Shown one piece after another: positions 62,381 through 64,000 of a stretch of 64,000 nt of DNA. Position 1 is the first letter of the stretch. The number at the start of each line of letters is the position of its first letter. The stretch lies in NCBI GenBank assembly GCA_034780895.1, contig JAUZTB010000071.1, positions 26,936,031 to 27,000,030 on the forward strand. Reading direction: 5' to 3'. A program made the translations under genes and the position numbers. The stretch comes from Rhynchobatus australiae. Its lineage: Eukaryota. The notes beneath the pieces are model-generated. The model was not told where the DNA came from. It searched no databases and saw only the letters and a list, made by a program, of their open reading frames with translations.

Positions 62381-62780
62381 ATGGGGAGTATTGTAGCATA
62401 GTGGTTGTGCTACTAAGCTAACATTTCAGAGAATGAGTTCAGATCTCAACATGAATTTATGTTAGTTTTTAAAAACTAATTATNNNNNNNNNNNNNNNNN
62501 NNNNNNNNNNNNNNNNNNNNNNNNNNNNNNNNNNNNNNNNNNNNNNNNNNNNNNNNNNNNNNNNNNNNNNNNNNNNNNNNNNNATTATATCTGAATATGA
62601 AAACACTTATTAATGATCATCAAGCTCTTCTATGTTTTAAAATGCAACTGATTTATTTATGGCCTTCAGGGAAAGAATCCTTAAAGGACCTTCCCCTGTC
62701 TGGCCTAGAAATCACTTTGCTATACTAAGCAAGACATATAGGGGTGAGCAATAGTGCTGGCCTTTCCAGTGACATCCTAC
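62381..62780 (+). mobile_element. tRNA-headed SINE with L2-type tail, spanning a gap
   Basis: A-box-like 'tagcatagtgg', B-box-like 'gagttcagatc', tail 'tagggg..gcaatagtgctggcctttccagtgac'. Confidence 0.55.
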
Positions 62781-62795
62781 CTGAGAACTAGTAGG

Positions 62796-63003
62796 CTGAA
62801 ACCAAACAGGAAATGCCGGAAGCACTCAGCAGGTCGGGTAGTGTCCATGTAGAAGGAAACAGAGACAACACTTCAGGTCTGATAAAGGGTCATTGATCTG
62901 AAAAGCTAACTCTGTTTCTCTCTCCACAAAAGTTCCTTGACCTGCTGAGTGCTTCTGGTACTTTCTGTTTTTGTTTCAGATCTCCAGCATCTGTAGTGGT
63001 TTC
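62796..63003. mobile_element. Foldback element of two inverted Penelope terminal-repeat arms with a central hammerhead-like core
   Basis: Arms 62796-62879 and 62895-62979 are reverse complements, including a perfect 17-bp match (62819-62835 vs 62939-62955). Centre: CTGATAA-AGGGTC-ATT-GATCT-GAAA-AGCT. Confidence 0.7.
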
Positions 63004-64000
63004 CTCCTGAAACTAAAGGACTGAGCTGAGCTCACGGACTGCTGGTGGCTCCCTTTTAACCACCAGCGGTCAGCTATTTGTAGATCAGGTCACCTTGGGC
63101 TTGTGCATATGTCGTGCTAAACACAGGAGTCATCATGGAGTCTAGCAGCAGAGCAAGGTGGTAAAGATAGAAATGGTAATGTTTTGAGTTATCTTACCCT
63201 AATTTGTTTTATGTTCTTAATGACTTGATGGCATTGTAAAGCTTTTTTCATTACTTTTTACTTATAGTTTTCACATCATTTTCTTCATTATTTACATGTT
63301 TGAATAGTCTTTAAATGTCTTTATCAGTGATATCTAAAAACAATTAAAAACCATTCAGTGGTGTCAAATGTCAAAGACTATCATGGCATTCTGGAAACAG
63401 GGCCTCAGGAAATTCTGCTGGAAGCCAACTTGCCTCAGAACCTGCTCCATCTCCTGAGGTACCTCTCAGGTGCAGAGGGCCAACTCATATAGCCCTCCAT
63501 ATTTATAAAAGGTAATTTCTGGTGGCCAGGTACCACAGTTCTGAGTCCCAGATCAGGTCAGATCCAACATCATTCAGCCCAATTTAAAGCAAGCATCAAA
63601 AATTAATTTTAATCCTCCATCCTCAAGCTCCATCCTCATTCTCCTTCCTTCCCAATGTTTCTTCCTTTTCTTCCCTCAAGGAAGAAATATTGGGAGTGAG
63701 CACGAATGTCATTCAAACATTTTATATGGATCTTCTTTACCTTTTTTTTCATCTGAGTTGCTTAGCTGCAGTTACAAAATGAGCTTTTACCTGGAGTTCT
63801 TGATTGTGGAAAAATAATTGACTTTCTGTGGCAACTTTTGTTTATATTCATGAATGACAAAAGACTTGACCTACAGTTTGTATTGTCCAATGACATGTAT
63901 GGGATTTCCTTTGTCTCTGAATCAGTTGTGATTCAAACCCCCACCCCCCATCCTCCTTATATCCTGGGCAAAATTAACTCCATTTTGAAGTGCTTTTAAG

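Noticed and set aside
1-64000. Prokaryotic-type system (CRISPR array, operon, defence island) or intact host gene
   Set aside because: No regularly spaced repeat-spacer array and no long intact ORF; every recognisable peptide is a decayed transposon protein.

Overview
Eukaryotic, repeat-dense draft-assembly window with many N gaps, several of them 100-N placeholders. I found no recognisable host protein-coding exon, RNA gene or CRISPR array. Roughly half of the sequenced DNA is decayed transposable elements: CR1 LINEs in both orientations and often nested, L2/CR1-clade LINEs, two Rex1/Babar LINEs, an RTE LINE, many Penelope-like fragments (YIDD-type RT, GIY-YIG end, terminal repeats with decayed hammerhead-ribozyme-like cores), tRNA-derived V-SINEs (HE1-like), Deu-domain SINEs, AmnSINE2-like relics, a Tigger/pogo transposase fossil and a TA-flanked Tigger-type MITE. 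This repertoire points to a cartilaginous fish, possibly a batoid (inference from remembered family resemblance, no search run). The window reads as a large intron or gene desert. Several repeat-free islands look like candidate conserved enhancers. The most notable structure is a ~200-bp foldback element with a hammerhead-like core at its centre (62796-63003). No clearly novel coding system is evident. Repeat boundaries are approximate unless a junction is quoted.
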